This document shows positions 1 to 10,467 of a stretch of DNA of 64,000 nucleotides, piece after piece. Source of the DNA: an uncultured Gemmatimonadaceae bacterium (GTDB lineage: Bacteria; Gemmatimonadota; Gemmatimonadetes; Gemmatimonadales; Gemmatimonadaceae); contig CAWHHI010000012.1 of the NCBI GenBank assembly GCA_963829055.1, positions 352,001 through 416,000 of the forward strand. The letters run 5' to 3'. The notes beneath the pieces were generated by a model. That model saw only the letters and a program-made list of their open reading frames with translations, was not told where the DNA came from and ran no database searches. A program made the translations under genes and the position numbers. Within the stretch, counting starts at the first letter, position 1, and the number at the start of each line of letters is the position of its first letter.

Positions 1-131
1 ACAAACGCCACGGCCGCGCTCGTCCACACAGCCCGCGCGGCGTCGGGCGATTCATACACGAACGTGAACGCCCACCCGGCCAGGGCAATCAGCACGAGGG
101 TCGCGGCGGCGAACAGGGCGACGGGTCTCAC
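1..131 (-). CDS. Membrane protein of the atp operon (AtpI-like), 5' part; runs off the window
   Basis: GTG start overlaps the upstream stop (GTGA); manual translation MRPVALFAAATLVLIALAGWAFTFVY is hydrophobic; lies downstream of an AtpZ/AtpI gene. Confidence 0.55.
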   Translation of the reverse strand, partial: MRPVALFAAATLVLIALAGWAFTFVYESPDAARAVWTSAAVAF

Positions 132-532
132 GCGGAACCTCCGGGATCGAGCGGTTCACGCGGGTCGCGGCGCTCAGCTGGGGACGACTCAGCCGCGGCG
201 CGCTTCCGCGCTCGCTTCGCTTCCTCGTCGCGCTCCAGATTTCCCATGAGCTGCCGATACATGCTGTAGAAGGCGGCGCCTGCGCCGAGAAACACGGCGA
301 GGTACACGAACGCGCTCGATCCAAACTTCCGATCGAGCCAGCTGCCAAGCCAGAGACTGACGAGGATCGTGATCGCGAACTGAAGCCCGACTCCAGCATA
401 TCGCGCGGCGTCGCTTCGCTCGCGCCGTTCCGGATCGGAAGGCAGCGCTGGCGGCGAGGCGGCCGGCAACTGTTGCCGGTTTCTATCCGCCCGCCCACGT
501 TCGGACGAGGGTGTTTCTGGATCCCCACTCAT
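128..532 (-). CDS. AtpZ/AtpI family ATP synthase accessory protein
   Basis: Family pattern RYAGVGLQFAITILVSLWLGSWLDRKFGS..LGAGAAFYSMYR with two TM helices; start uncertain. Confidence 0.8.
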   Translation of the reverse strand: MSGDPETPSSERGRADRNRQQLPAASPPALPSDPERRERSDAARYAGVGLQFAITILVSLWLGSWLDRKFGSSAFVYLAVFLGAGAAFYSMYRQLMGNLERDEEAKRARKRAAAESSPAERRDPREPLDPGGSA

Positions 533-751
533 TCCGCGCGGGAATTTAGGACTTTGTGAAATTTTTCGCAAGCTCGCCCCGAGCCGCCATCGAGCTACGC
601 ACATAACGCTTGAGGCCGTTTCACCAAATGCACGAATCATCACGACTTAAGTGTTACCTACTGCCTTGACCGTGCGTCACGCTGTTGATAGGTTTGGCCG
701 CAACAAGTACGTGAGGCCGAGCCCGCCGCCCGTCGCCCCGACCGTCTGTAA

Positions 752-1219
752 ATGCGTCTTCGGTACGTTCTTCCGCTCCTGGTAGCTTCTGCCCTGGCGT
801 TCGCCTATGCGTCGCCTTCGCCGTCGCATTCGTACGAACCCGTGCGCCGTCATGTCGTCCGGGACACGATCGCGTCGTCCCTCGACGTCAAGCTCGGCGA
901 GGACGTGAAGTTCAGCTTCCACGTCACCAATAGCTCCAACAAGCGCGTAGAACTTCGCTTCCCCAGCGGCAAGACGCACGATGTCGCCGTCCTGGACGGC
1001 CAGGGTCGCGAGGTTTGGCGCTGGAGCCAGGGTCGGATGTTCACCCAAGCGATGCAGAACAAGGTGCTCGCCGCCAGCGACACGATCACGTTCACCGAGA
1101 CATGGCGGCCCGAGCACGCCGGCAGCTACACCGTAGTAGCCTCCCTGCTCAGCCAGAACTACCCCTCCGAGCAGCGCGCCGAGTTCTCTCTGCCGAGCAA
1201 GACAGTCAGCCTGCGGTAG
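752..1219 (+). CDS. Exported BsuPI-domain (proteinase inhibitor-like) protein
   Basis: Signal peptide plus VTNSS..ELRFPSGKTHD..EVWRWSQGRMFTQA pattern. Confidence 0.8.
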   Translation: MRLRYVLPLLVASALAFAYASPSPSHSYEPVRRHVVRDTIASSLDVKLGEDVKFSFHVTNSSNKRVELRFPSGKTHDVAVLDGQGREVWRWSQGRMFTQAMQNKVLAASDTITFTETWRPEHAGSYTVVASLLSQNYPSEQRAEFSLPSKTVSLR

Positions 1220-1237
1220 GCAGCGGCACCACCGCGG

Positions 1238-2764
1238 CTACCGCGCGAGATCTGCCCAGGGAGTTGCCGGCAGATGCTCACTGAACACGCGCTCGACATC
1301 GAGCCCCTCACGCTTCACCAGACGCGCGAGCTCGGCGCGATAGGCGCCAGAGAACACCGGCTCGAACGCATCCGGTATCACGACATCGCTCGCATAGAGC
1401 AGCCGTCGCGCCGGTAGCCACACGAGCATCATCGCGGCCGAGTGCTGCCCGCGCGCTGGGCGAAGCTCGAGGCGCTCATCGCCTGTACCGAGCGTGAGCG
1501 CCCGTGAGACCGAACGAACGGTCGGCTGTGTGTGCGCCTTCGCGAGTGAGTCCGGCGCTTGGGCATGTGGCGCCGCGAGCAGCGCCTGCACGACCGGCGT
1601 TCCGACATCCGTCACGTAGATGGGAATCCCGCGCGCGGCGTATTCGCGGAGACCGCCTGCATGCATCCACATGGGCGACGTGTTGATCACCGCCTTCACG
1701 CGCATACCCGGCCAGCGCGTCGCAACGTCGGCCAGCACAGCCCTGCTCTTCGCGTTCGATTCCGGCGCCTCGATGATCACGATGCCATCGCGCTGACGGA
1801 CCGCCGCGGACTGATAGCCGCCCTGGTAGAGCACCACGCCGTCCGCGAGATCGACCGGAGTCAACTTCACGTTAGGCCCGCGCCCGGTGGCTGCGCGCTC
1901 AGCACCAAGACGGGTCGCGAACGCCAGGCGCACGCTGTCCGGGATTGCGACCGAGTCCGCGGGGACGTCGCTGTCGAGGTCGAGCGCGGTAACGACAAGC
2001 TCGCGGAACGGCTCGCCGTTGAGCGTCGTCGATCGCTGGCGCGGGTACCAGACACCGCGGCGTTCGAGCGCCCATGCCGACCACGTCGTCACGAAGCGCA
2101 CGTCGCCCCACATGGCCCAGAAGACGTAGCTCGGGTACGCTCGCACCAGCTCGACGCGCGTCGGGAACGCACTCTCCGCATCGATGAACAGGCGCACCGG
2201 CGCGCCATCGAGACCTAACGACACGACGCGATGCGTGATGCCACCCAGTACTGTGTCACGCCCGAGGCGCAGATCCCGCGCGTCGAGCGCGGTGAGCAAT
2301 ACGCGCTCGGGAGAAAGCGCGAGCTCCTCGCTGGCGGTAGTGAGGTCGACGTTCGCGCCCATCACCAACGCCGTTCCGCGAATCGCGGCCGGTACTCCTC
2401 GGTTCACGATCGTCGTCGTGGTGAACCGACCGGCGCGCATGGGCACGGCCTGCACGAGCGTGCGACGCAGCACGCTGTCGTTGCCCGACCTCAGTGTCGT
2501 CACGGTCTCCGAGATGACACGCGGTGGTGCATCGCCCCGCGTGATCGTCGACACCAGATATTCGGAGCCGACTTCTTCGACCCGCACGCCGCGAAGTGCG
2601 CGGAGGCGATCGATGCCGCCTATCGCTTCGGCGCTCGCGAGTACGACGTCGCGCGCTGTCTGTGCTCGGCGCGGCGCCGGATTGGGCCTGCGAGTGACAA
2701 CCGCGGAGGAAAGGGAGAAGGCGAAGCCGGCGGCGAGGACGGCAGTGGTCGCGGAGCGTAGCAT
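1238..2764 (-). CDS. Exported MBL-fold-like protein with degenerate metal site
   Basis: Signal peptide; IVIIEAP and VINTSPMWMHAGGLREY resemble MBL motifs, but HxHxDH is not intact. Confidence 0.6.
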   Translation of the reverse strand: MLRSATTAVLAAGFAFSLSSAVVTRRPNPAPRRAQTARDVVLASAEAIGGIDRLRALRGVRVEEVGSEYLVSTITRGDAPPRVISETVTTLRSGNDSVLRRTLVQAVPMRAGRFTTTTIVNRGVPAAIRGTALVMGANVDLTTASEELALSPERVLLTALDARDLRLGRDTVLGGITHRVVSLGLDGAPVRLFIDAESAFPTRVELVRAYPSYVFWAMWGDVRFVTTWSAWALERRGVWYPRQRSTTLNGEPFRELVVTALDLDSDVPADSVAIPDSVRLAFATRLGAERAATGRGPNVKLTPVDLADGVVLYQGGYQSAAVRQRDGIVIIEAPESNAKSRAVLADVATRWPGMRVKAVINTSPMWMHAGGLREYAARGIPIYVTDVGTPVVQALLAAPHAQAPDSLAKAHTQPTVRSVSRALTLGTGDERLELRPARGQHSAAMMLVWLPARRLLYASDVVIPDAFEPVFSGAYRAELARLVKREGLDVERVFSEHLPATPWADLAR

Positions 2765-2918
2765 GAAGGCGGGACGGAGGACGGGTGACAGGTGACGAGC
2801 GCCCACTATGGCCCGACTGCTTCCGCCCTGCCCTGCTCATGCAGCGAACGCGGCTTCCGTGCAGTAAGCGCCGCGACGCGTCAGCGAGCGCCACGCCGCT
2901 TACTCGACCACGATCGCG

Positions 2919-3408
2919 TCAGCGCTTTGCGGCAGCCCCGCCAAAGCGCACGAGCACCGTGTCGCGACGACGCTCGCTCACGCTGATCCGACTGCCGTCC
3001 TCGAGGCGAAGATCGAGCTGTCCGCGCTCACCACGCGTGAGCTCGCGCACGCGGTCGATGTTCACGATCGCGCCGCGGTGCACGCGCACGAACCGCGCTG
3101 GATCGAGCTGCCCCTCGAGCGACGACAGCGACTGCCTGACGAGAAACGACCCACTGACCGTGTGCAGTCACGAACACGACCGCGGGAAGCGCCTCTCTGG
3201 CGAGCGATGCGAGCACGGCGAATCCGTCGAGCTCCGGCATCTGCACGTCGAGAAACACGAGGTCGGGCGCGAGCTGTCGGATCGCGCCTAACGTCTCGAC
3301 ACCATTGCGACTCTCGCCCACGACCTCCACGTCCGCATAGCCCGCGAGCAACCCCCGAACCACGCTCCGCGCGAGCGGCTCATCATCGGCAATGAGCGCG
3401 CGGATCAC
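2919..3408 (-). pseudogene. LytTR response regulator with internal deletion
   Basis: REC N-half (LIADDEPLAR..FLDVQMPELDGF..VFVTAH) joins out of frame to a LytTR C-half (LHTVSGSFLVRQSLSSLEGQLDPARFVRVHRGAIVN). Confidence 0.8.
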
Positions 3409-4560
3409 TGGACCTCCGCGTACGACGACTGAAACGGCACACGGAGTGACGCCGTGGCGCCGCCGAGCGTGCCGGCGCCAAGCGTGAGGGAACAATCGGC
3501 GCCGTAGAGCCGCGTCAGGCGGGCACGCGTATCGGCCAGCCCGAGGCCGACGCCAGCCGATGCCACCGAGCCGCGAGCGGCGGCCGCGCCATCCGCCGTC
3601 ATGCCAGGACCGTCGTCACTCACGTCGATGGCGAGCGCACGTCCATCGCGTCGCGCGGAAATACGCAGCCGTCCCGCATTCCACGACGCAGCCACAGCGT
3701 GTCGCATCGCATTTTCCACCAGCGGCTGGACGACGAGCGACGGCACCACCGCATCGCCTACGCCAGGCTGCAGATCCCACTCGACGCGCAGCCGATCGGC
3801 GAAGCGGACCGCCTCGATGTCGAGATAGCGGCGCACGAACGCGAGCTCGTCGCGAAGACGCACCATGTCCGGCGCGTCACGGGAGATCGCCTCGCGCAGC
3901 AGCTCACTCAACTCGGCCACGACGCGAACCGCCGCCGCATTGTCGCCCCCACGCACCAGCGCGCCTATCGAGTGAAGTGCGTTGAACAGGAAGTGCGGGT
4001 GAAGGCGTGCCCGCAGTGTCGCCAGCTCGGCGCGCGCGAGCTGCTCGCGCAGCTCCGCATCACGGACCTCTCGTTCCTTGAGACGCCGCGCGTAGTCCAG
4101 CGCCGCGCCGGCCGCGATGATGGCACCCCACACGAGGGCCCCGATGGGCAGCCACGCGAGCGACACGCGCCACAGATAGCTGCCGAACGGGATGCGCACT
4201 GGTCCTCCCACTACGAGGTACGTCGCGCCTGCGTAGACGGTGCCGCGCAGACACGCAGCGGCACCAATGCCAAGCGCGTGCACCACAAGCGACTTCGCGG
4301 CCGGCGGCCAGGCGATTGGGTAGCGACGCGCCAGGCGCATGATCACGGGCGTCAGCGGCACCCAGATCAGCCATTCCGCCAACGCCGGCACGAGCGCTCG
4401 CGGCGGGGGCACGGGCGTGCCGTTGATGACCGCGGTCGCGTACATCTGCAGGACCATGAATGCGGCGGGCACGAGCCACACCGCGAGCGAGGATGGCCCC
4501 CTGGCGTCGCACGCGTGCGTGGTGGGCGGGTGCCGAGGGTACAGCAGGCGTCGGGGGCAT
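3405..4560 (-). CDS. LytS-type membrane sensor histidine kinase (apparent frameshift near 4490)
   Basis: LRARLHPHFLFNALHSI, QPLVENAMRH, SDDGPG, GLGL motifs; TM N-terminus; GTGA-coupled to the LytTR gene. Confidence 0.9.
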
Positions 4561-4741
4561 GGCGCAGTCTCATTCCGTGCACGCGTTCGGGCAACGCTGG
4601 TCGTGGCCAATCGGCGACGGACCCACACCAGTCCGGCCAACCATCGCGAACCACCCCAACCCTTTTGCATGGTCGCGCGTTAGCTTCCGCTTGGCACTTT
4701 CTAGAGTCCTGGGGCGTTCACTCACCGACACGAGGACAGGG

Positions 4742-5752
4742 GTGGGGACACAGCTACGCGAGCAACACCGCACCGACGAGCGTGACCTCGAGCTGCTGCA
4801 ACAGCTCACGCAGGCACGGAAGCGGCTCACCGACCAGATCGCGCGACGGATCATCGGCCAGGTCGATGTCATCGACAATCTGGTGGCGGCCATTCTCGCC
4901 GGCGGCCACGTGCTGCTGGTCGGTGTGCCGGGGGTGGCGAAGACGCTGCTCATTCAGACGCTGTCGCAGGCGCTCGACCTGAGCTTCAACCGCGTGCAGT
5001 TCACGCCGGACCTCATGCCGGCGGACATCACCGGCACCGAGCTGCTCGAGGAAGACCACGCCACCGGTCGCCGGGTCTTCAAGTACATCAAAGGCCCGGT
5101 GTTCGCGAACATCGTGCTCGCCGACGAGATCAACCGCGCCCCGCCAAAGACGCAGGCCGCGCTGCTCCAGGCGATGCAGGAGCACACGGTCACCGCGGCT
5201 GGCTCGACCCACGCGCTGCCCGAGCCGTTCTTCGTCCTCGCGACGCAGAACCCGATCGAGCAGGAAGCGACGTATCCGCTTCCCGAGGCACAGCTCGACC
5301 GGTTCATGTTCGAGCTCCGCATGGGCTACCCGTCGAAGGATGACGAGGAGCGCATCGTCGTCGCGACTACTGGCGCCACGGAGAACGAGATCGTCCCGGT
5401 GCTGCATGGGTCGCAGGTCATCGAGCTTCAGAAACTCGTGCGCCGCATCCCTGCTCCGCCGACGATCGTGAAGTACGCGGTGCACCTCGCCCGTGCCACG
5501 CGGCCGCAGGAGTCCGACGCCGGCCCCGAAGTGCGGAAATACGTGAGCTTCGGCGCCGGGCCCCGTGCGTCGCAGTATCTGGTGTTAGGCGCCAAGGCGC
5601 GTGCCGCGATGGACGGACGCCCCGTACCGGACATCGACGACGTGCGAGCCATTGCGCTGTCCGTGCTGCGACACCGCGTCGTCATGAACTTCCAGGGCGA
5701 AGCGGAAGGCGTGAGCGTCGAGAAGCTGCTGCCGCTCAACGAGAAGCGTTAG
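4742..5752 (+). CDS. moxR: MoxR family AAA+ ATPase
   Basis: GHVLLVGVPGVAKT, RVQFTPDLMPADITG, LADEINRAPPKTQAALLQAM, ATQNPIEQEATYPLPEAQLDRF. Confidence 0.93.
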   Translation: MGTQLREQHRTDERDLELLQQLTQARKRLTDQIARRIIGQVDVIDNLVAAILAGGHVLLVGVPGVAKTLLIQTLSQALDLSFNRVQFTPDLMPADITGTELLEEDHATGRRVFKYIKGPVFANIVLADEINRAPPKTQAALLQAMQEHTVTAAGSTHALPEPFFVLATQNPIEQEATYPLPEAQLDRFMFELRMGYPSKDDEERIVVATTGATENEIVPVLHGSQVIELQKLVRRIPAPPTIVKYAVHLARATRPQESDAGPEVRKYVSFGAGPRASQYLVLGAKARAAMDGRPVPDIDDVRAIALSVLRHRVVMNFQGEAEGVSVEKLLPLNEKR

Positions 5753-5775
5753 GAAACGCGTCCGCAAGAAGTCAG

Positions 5776-5811
5776 GCTCCGGAGGGCGCATGCGCCCTCC
5801 GGAGCTTTTTC
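5776..5811 (+). terminator. Intrinsic terminator
   Basis: Perfect 30-bp palindrome gctccggagggcgcatgcgccctccggagc followed by a T-run, between convergent genes. Confidence 0.85.
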
Positions 5812-5842
5812 ATCCGCTGCCCGCGGTCACACCACAGACACG

Positions 5843-6700
5843 TCAATCGTTAGGCATCGATCGTCGCACGGCCGAGGGCGGCGTGCCCTCGGCCGCATGG
5901 AATGCGCGCGTCAAATGGCTGTGGTCCGCAAAGCCCGCCTCGTGCGCGATGGCCGCAATCGACCGGTCACCTCGAATGAGCTCGGCCTTCACCCACTCGA
6001 TCTGCCGACGGCGTTGGTACTGCCACGGCGTAACCCCGTAGCGCCGCTTGAACGCCCGCGCGAACGACGACGGATGGAAACCCGCGACCGCCGCCAGCTC
6101 CGCGAGTTGAAACGCGCGGGTAAAATGCGCGTCGATGAATTCGCGCGCGCGCGCGAGTCGGGCAACAGCCCGTTCGCGGTCTCCGGGTGCGTGGCAGGTA
6201 GAGGTCGAGCGGACGAGTTGCGCGAGCATGGCCAGCACCAGCCCCTCGATGGCAAGGTCGCTCGCCTGATCGCGATGATGAAGCTCCCACTGTAGCTGGC
6301 CGGCGAGCGTACGCACGGTGCCATCCCCGACAATGGCCGCCCTGCCTAACAACCGCCTGATGCGTCGATCGCCGAGCGTTTGCTCCAGCGGAATATCGAC
6401 GATCGTGAGCCGTGTGCCAGCCGGATCGAATTGATTGGCATGCGGCTCTTCGGACGGCCGGATGTGCAGCATGCCGGCGCCGCAGACGGCCACTCCGCGG
6501 CGGGTCGTCTCGAGAAAGCTCCCGCGTGCGACGAACGAGAATGCCGGGCGCGCGTGTGTGTGGGTGGGCAGTGACATGCCGTTCGTGTATTCCGCGTCGA
6601 GAACCTGGTAGCCGGCAACCTCCGCGACGGCAATGCGTCGACCCGCCACGTCCGCAGTCGTGTCATGTGACGTCGCATATCCAGGCCGTGCTTCGATCAT
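5843..6700 (-). CDS. AraC family transcriptional regulator
   Basis: Cupin N-domain (HTH..HIRPSEEPHAN) and AraC HTH (IAHEAGFADHSHLTRAFH..GTPP); start uncertain. Confidence 0.9.
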   Translation of the reverse strand: MIEARPGYATSHDTTADVAGRRIAVAEVAGYQVLDAEYTNGMSLPTHTHARPAFSFVARGSFLETTRRGVAVCGAGMLHIRPSEEPHANQFDPAGTRLTIVDIPLEQTLGDRRIRRLLGRAAIVGDGTVRTLAGQLQWELHHRDQASDLAIEGLVLAMLAQLVRSTSTCHAPGDRERAVARLARAREFIDAHFTRAFQLAELAAVAGFHPSSFARAFKRRYGVTPWQYQRRRQIEWVKAELIRGDRSIAAIAHEAGFADHSHLTRAFHAAEGTPPSAVRRSMPND

Positions 6701-6931
6701 CAGTCCCGTCCCACGGAGAATCGACATGGCCAAGGTGGGGAGCGGGAACAAGAGCCGCCAACGCAATCTCATCAACTTTCAAATGAGCCGCGCTCATGGC
6801 TCCGCATGTCGCGCGGGCATGGCTGCGATCATCCAAGCGCCGGCACGGATCTGACAAGCGCTCCGTGTCGCCGAAGCCGATGATGCGCTCGAGACGAAAG
6901 CATGCTCCACCTTGATCCCCAGGAGTGCGCG

Positions 6932-7888
6932 ATGATCCTCGAGGTCCGCCACCTTCGTATTCTCGCGGCGATCGCCGATCACGGGACCGTATCGGCCGCC
7001 ACGAAGCAGGTTTACCTGACGCAGTCGGCAATCAGCCATCAACTGATCGAGCTCGAGCAGCGGCTCGGAGTACCGTTCTTCCACCGCACACCGAAAGGCA
7101 TGGTGCCTACGGATGCCGGCGCCGAGATGATCGGGGTCGCGCGCGACGTGCTCGCTCGGCTGGCGACCGCGGAAGCCTCGATGCTGCGGTCGACGCCACG
7201 CTTGGCCGGTCGGCTGCGCATCGGCACGGACTCGCCGCTTGCGCTCACGTGGCTGCCGGCCGCCGTCGCGAGCGTCCGTCGCCGGCTGCCGCACATCAGG
7301 GCGGAGCTCGTTCCGGAGACCCTCGCTCACGGCGTCGACGCCCTGTTCGAAGGCCGCTTCGAGCTCGCGGTCAGTGCTGATCCAGAGCCGGACCCACGAC
7401 TCGATCTCGTGCCGTTGTTCGACGAGGAGCTCGTCGCGTTGGTCGCGAGTGCCCACCGGCTCGCCGATCGCCCTCTCCTCTCGAGCGGTGACCTCCGCGT
7501 CGAGCAGCTCGCGGTTCACACCGCGCGGCCGGCGGAGCAGCGATGGCTCACGGATCGGCTCGCGGCTGCCGGTCTCGAGCCGATGCGCCTAACGCCCGTG
7601 ACGCTCACGGAGGCGATCATCGGGCTCGCCGAAGCCGGTGAAGCAGTCGCAATCGTTCCACGCCCGATCGCCGACGCCGCCGTGCGAGCAGGTCGGGTAC
7701 GCGCGCTACGCGTAGGCCAGCACGGCTTGCGTCGGCGATGGCACCTCGTGACGCTCGCGACCGGAGTCAGCGCTCTGCATGTGCAATGCTTTGTCGCGGC
7801 CATCCAGTCGGCCGCGACCGAGGCTGCTGGAATCTCCGACGAGCGGTCGATGCCCACCCGGTCACCACGCGTGCCGCGATCGGCCTAA
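6932..7888 (+). CDS. LysR family transcriptional regulator (MetR-like)
   Basis: LEVRHLRILAAIADHGTVSAATKQVYLTQSAISHQLIELEQRLG HTH. Confidence 0.93.
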   Translation: MILEVRHLRILAAIADHGTVSAATKQVYLTQSAISHQLIELEQRLGVPFFHRTPKGMVPTDAGAEMIGVARDVLARLATAEASMLRSTPRLAGRLRIGTDSPLALTWLPAAVASVRRRLPHIRAELVPETLAHGVDALFEGRFELAVSADPEPDPRLDLVPLFDEELVALVASAHRLADRPLLSSGDLRVEQLAVHTARPAEQRWLTDRLAAAGLEPMRLTPVTLTEAIIGLAEAGEAVAIVPRPIADAAVRAGRVRALRVGQHGLRRRWHLVTLATGVSALHVQCFVAAIQSAATEAAGISDERSMPTRSPRVPRSA

Positions 7889-7942
7889 CGCCTGTCGAGC
7901 ACCGAAACGCCTCGGCGCCCATCCGAGACGCCGGCCCGGGAG

Positions 7943-8728
7943 TCAGCCGATAGCCCGCCGATCGGCGCCAATCTCGGCGCGGATCAGATCGAGTACGTAG
8001 CGATGGCCGCCTCGCGAGCGAAGGTCGAGCGGACGCAGTCCTGTGTAGCGCTTACAGGTGACGCGCAGCGACGCGCCGGAGCGAAACCCAGCTGCGTCCG
8101 CGACCTGGTCCACCGAGCGGGCCGGGTCCTCCAGCAGGTGCGCCGCCACAAGCAGGCGCGACCACGTGATCAGCGCCGCTGCCCCCGGGAGACCGGCGCT
8201 GCCGAGCCGGCTGACGAGCGTGCGCCGGGCGATGCCTAACGCATGCGCGATGCCTTCCACGCCGTCGCTGCCGATGGGATTGTTGAGGCAGTAGGCAAGA
8301 ATCGGCCGCACGGAGGCGGACACGAACGGGCTCAATTCGGCGAACGCCTGCTCCCCGACGCGGCTCACCGCGGCTCGCGCAATGATCTGGCTGGCGACGG
8401 TCCCCACGTCATCGAAGTCTCGAACGATGACGTCGTCGGCACCGGCACGCACGAGGGCAATGAGCGAATGCGTGTCCGCAGCCGTCAGCGCGCAATGGGC
8501 GATGACCGGGAGCGACGGGAATCCTTGCCGGATTTCCGCCACCGTGGCCGCGGTCTGCCGCCCGATCTTGTCCGTCGGCTCGGTAATGACCAGGTGGACA
8601 CAAAAGCGGCGAACGAGTGCCCGCAGCCCTTCAATGCGTTCGCAGAAGTGCACCTCGGCCACACCGTGAAGACCACGGCGCAGCACGAGGCGGTCTCTGG
8701 GATCGAGAACGAGCGCGGCGACAATCAC
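7943..8728 (-). CDS. AraC-like HTH regulator with degenerate receiver-like N-terminus
   Basis: C-terminal SVDQVADAAGFRSGASLRVTCKRYTGLRP; N-terminus REC-like (LPVIAHC..AGADDVI). Confidence 0.7.
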   Translation of the reverse strand: MIVAALVLDPRDRLVLRRGLHGVAEVHFCERIEGLRALVRRFCVHLVITEPTDKIGRQTAATVAEIRQGFPSLPVIAHCALTAADTHSLIALVRAGADDVIVRDFDDVGTVASQIIARAAVSRVGEQAFAELSPFVSASVRPILAYCLNNPIGSDGVEGIAHALGIARRTLVSRLGSAGLPGAAALITWSRLLVAAHLLEDPARSVDQVADAAGFRSGASLRVTCKRYTGLRPLDLRSRGGHRYVLDLIRAEIGADRRAIG

Positions 8729-9109
8729 GCAACACTACTCCCGGCCAGTTGGCCGACGTCGAATCGAGATTTGTAAGGCCGAATCGGAGCGGACGGCAGT
8801 GCTCCGCGGAGCAGGAGGGTATGGGCCTGCACCGCGCCCGTCAAGAACACCAAAGCTTGCTGTCCGTTTAACGCGTGGCCATTGACCGGTCTGCTCACGG
8901 CGTTACGATTAGTGCGCATAGTGTTACCTTGGTAGCAGATCAGTTGGTGTCAGCCCGCGCCCCGCGGGAACACAACAGTCGCGCACAGATTCGACCTGCG
9001 CGGAACACGGTCCCATACCCACACCGACCAGCCTATGCCGAGCCGCGCGAGACCCGATAGAGCCTCACGAGCGGGAAGGGTTACGAAGAGCCAAAGGGTG
9101 GTGGCCGCT

Positions 9110-9907
9110 ATGAAGTCCAAGACACGAGGCAAAGGCCGCGGCGGCTCACGAGGCCCACGCGTGGTCAGCAGGAATGTCGCGCCGGCCATCGTCGCCATGA
9201 GTCGCGCGCTACGCGATGCGCGGACGAAGGCAGAGCTCAGCAAGGCCACAGCCGCCGATAAGATCGGTGTGCACTTCGTGACCCTGTACGCGTGGGAGAA
9301 CGAGAACCGCACCGACCAGCCGAGCGACGAGAACCTGGCGAAGGCCGCGAAGGCGTACGGCACCACGGCCGAGACGCTGCAGCGGCGCGCGAAGGCAATC
9401 GAAGCAGGGCTTAGCGCGGAATCGGGAGCAGGCGACGCCACCGAAAGCGCCGCTGCCCCAGCGGCGAAGAAGGCTCCAGCCAAGCGCGGCCGCCCAGCGA
9501 AGGTGAAAACACGAGGGGCACAACGCGCCGAGGCTCCTGCCCCGCCGGTAGCCAAGAGACCGGTGGGTCGGCCGAGGTCCACACCGGCCGTGAGCGCGCC
9601 GGTGAGCGCGCGGGTGAGCGCGCCTGCGAACGGCCGCGTCACGAATCATGCGCAGGTGACGCTGTCTCACCAGGCGTATGCGCGCGTGCTCCGCGTGCTC
9701 GCCGATCTCGCCGAGGACCTGTCGCTCTCGCCGTCAGCACTCGGCGCCGCACAGCAGGCGCTCACCGCTCCCGGAATGCTCGACGTCTTCGCCGCGTTCA
9801 CATCGGCGCCGATGACCGACGCCGACATCCTGAACGCGATCGACGCCACGAGCGTCGCCGTCCGCTCGTTCGTCGCCGCTCGGAAGGTCCCCGCGGGACA
9901 ACGGTAA
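9110..9907 (+). CDS. XRE-family HTH protein with Lys/Ala/Pro-rich AT-hook linker
   Basis: LRDARTKAELSKATAADKIGVHFVTLYAWEN HTH; KRGRPAK and KRPVGRPRS motifs. Confidence 0.75.
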   Translation: MKSKTRGKGRGGSRGPRVVSRNVAPAIVAMSRALRDARTKAELSKATAADKIGVHFVTLYAWENENRTDQPSDENLAKAAKAYGTTAETLQRRAKAIEAGLSAESGAGDATESAAAPAAKKAPAKRGRPAKVKTRGAQRAEAPAPPVAKRPVGRPRSTPAVSAPVSARVSAPANGRVTNHAQVTLSHQAYARVLRVLADLAEDLSLSPSALGAAQQALTAPGMLDVFAAFTSAPMTDADILNAIDATSVAVRSFVAARKVPAGQR

Positions 9908-9970
9908 CACGAGCATGCCCGTTTCGGGCGACCGCCACCACGGCGGCCGCCCGGAGCCGGCTGCGATTCA

Positions 9971-10420
9971 TTGTCGTGCGGTCGGCCTCTGCGCGTCCGG
10001 GACGCGTCAGTCGCGCTCGTGTTCGTCCTGGCGGCAGGCGCAGCGCGCCTAACGCTGGCACAGACGGTCACCGTCCCCACCGAAAGGCGTGGGTCGGCCG
10101 TGACAGCATCCGGTTCGACGCCATCGCGTAGCGCCGGTCGCCACCGTGCCCGTCGACTCCGCGCGGTGGGTCGACGCCGATAGCGTCATGGATCGCGATC
10201 TACCTGACGGGCTCTATTTCGGCATGAACGCCCGGGGGCTGCGTGACGATCTGGGCATCATGTCGCCCGGCGGTGATGCGGTGTAGGTGCCGCTCCAGCG
10301 CAGACGCAACGAGCTGGTCGTTGCCGTACCCGAGTACTCTGGTGGGTGGGCATTCTGGGCACGGCTGGACGCGGTGAGCCACGACGAATTTCCCCGGGGA
10401 CTAACTTTGGACGTACCACC
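9971..10420 (+). pseudogene. Probable gene remnant
   Basis: Signal-peptide-like start, a frame change, and an in-frame TAG within protein-like text (LYFGMNARGLRDDLGIMSPGGDAV*VPLQRRRNELVVAVPEYSGGWAFWARL). Confidence 0.35.
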
Positions 10421-10467
10421 AAAGACGGTGGTAGCAATCCGATCAGTTGTGCGAGGTCCCCTGGCCG

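Noticed and set aside
10285..10287. In-frame TAG as pyrrolysine or readthrough
   Set aside because: It lies in a fragmentary remnant with other lesions and no supporting context.
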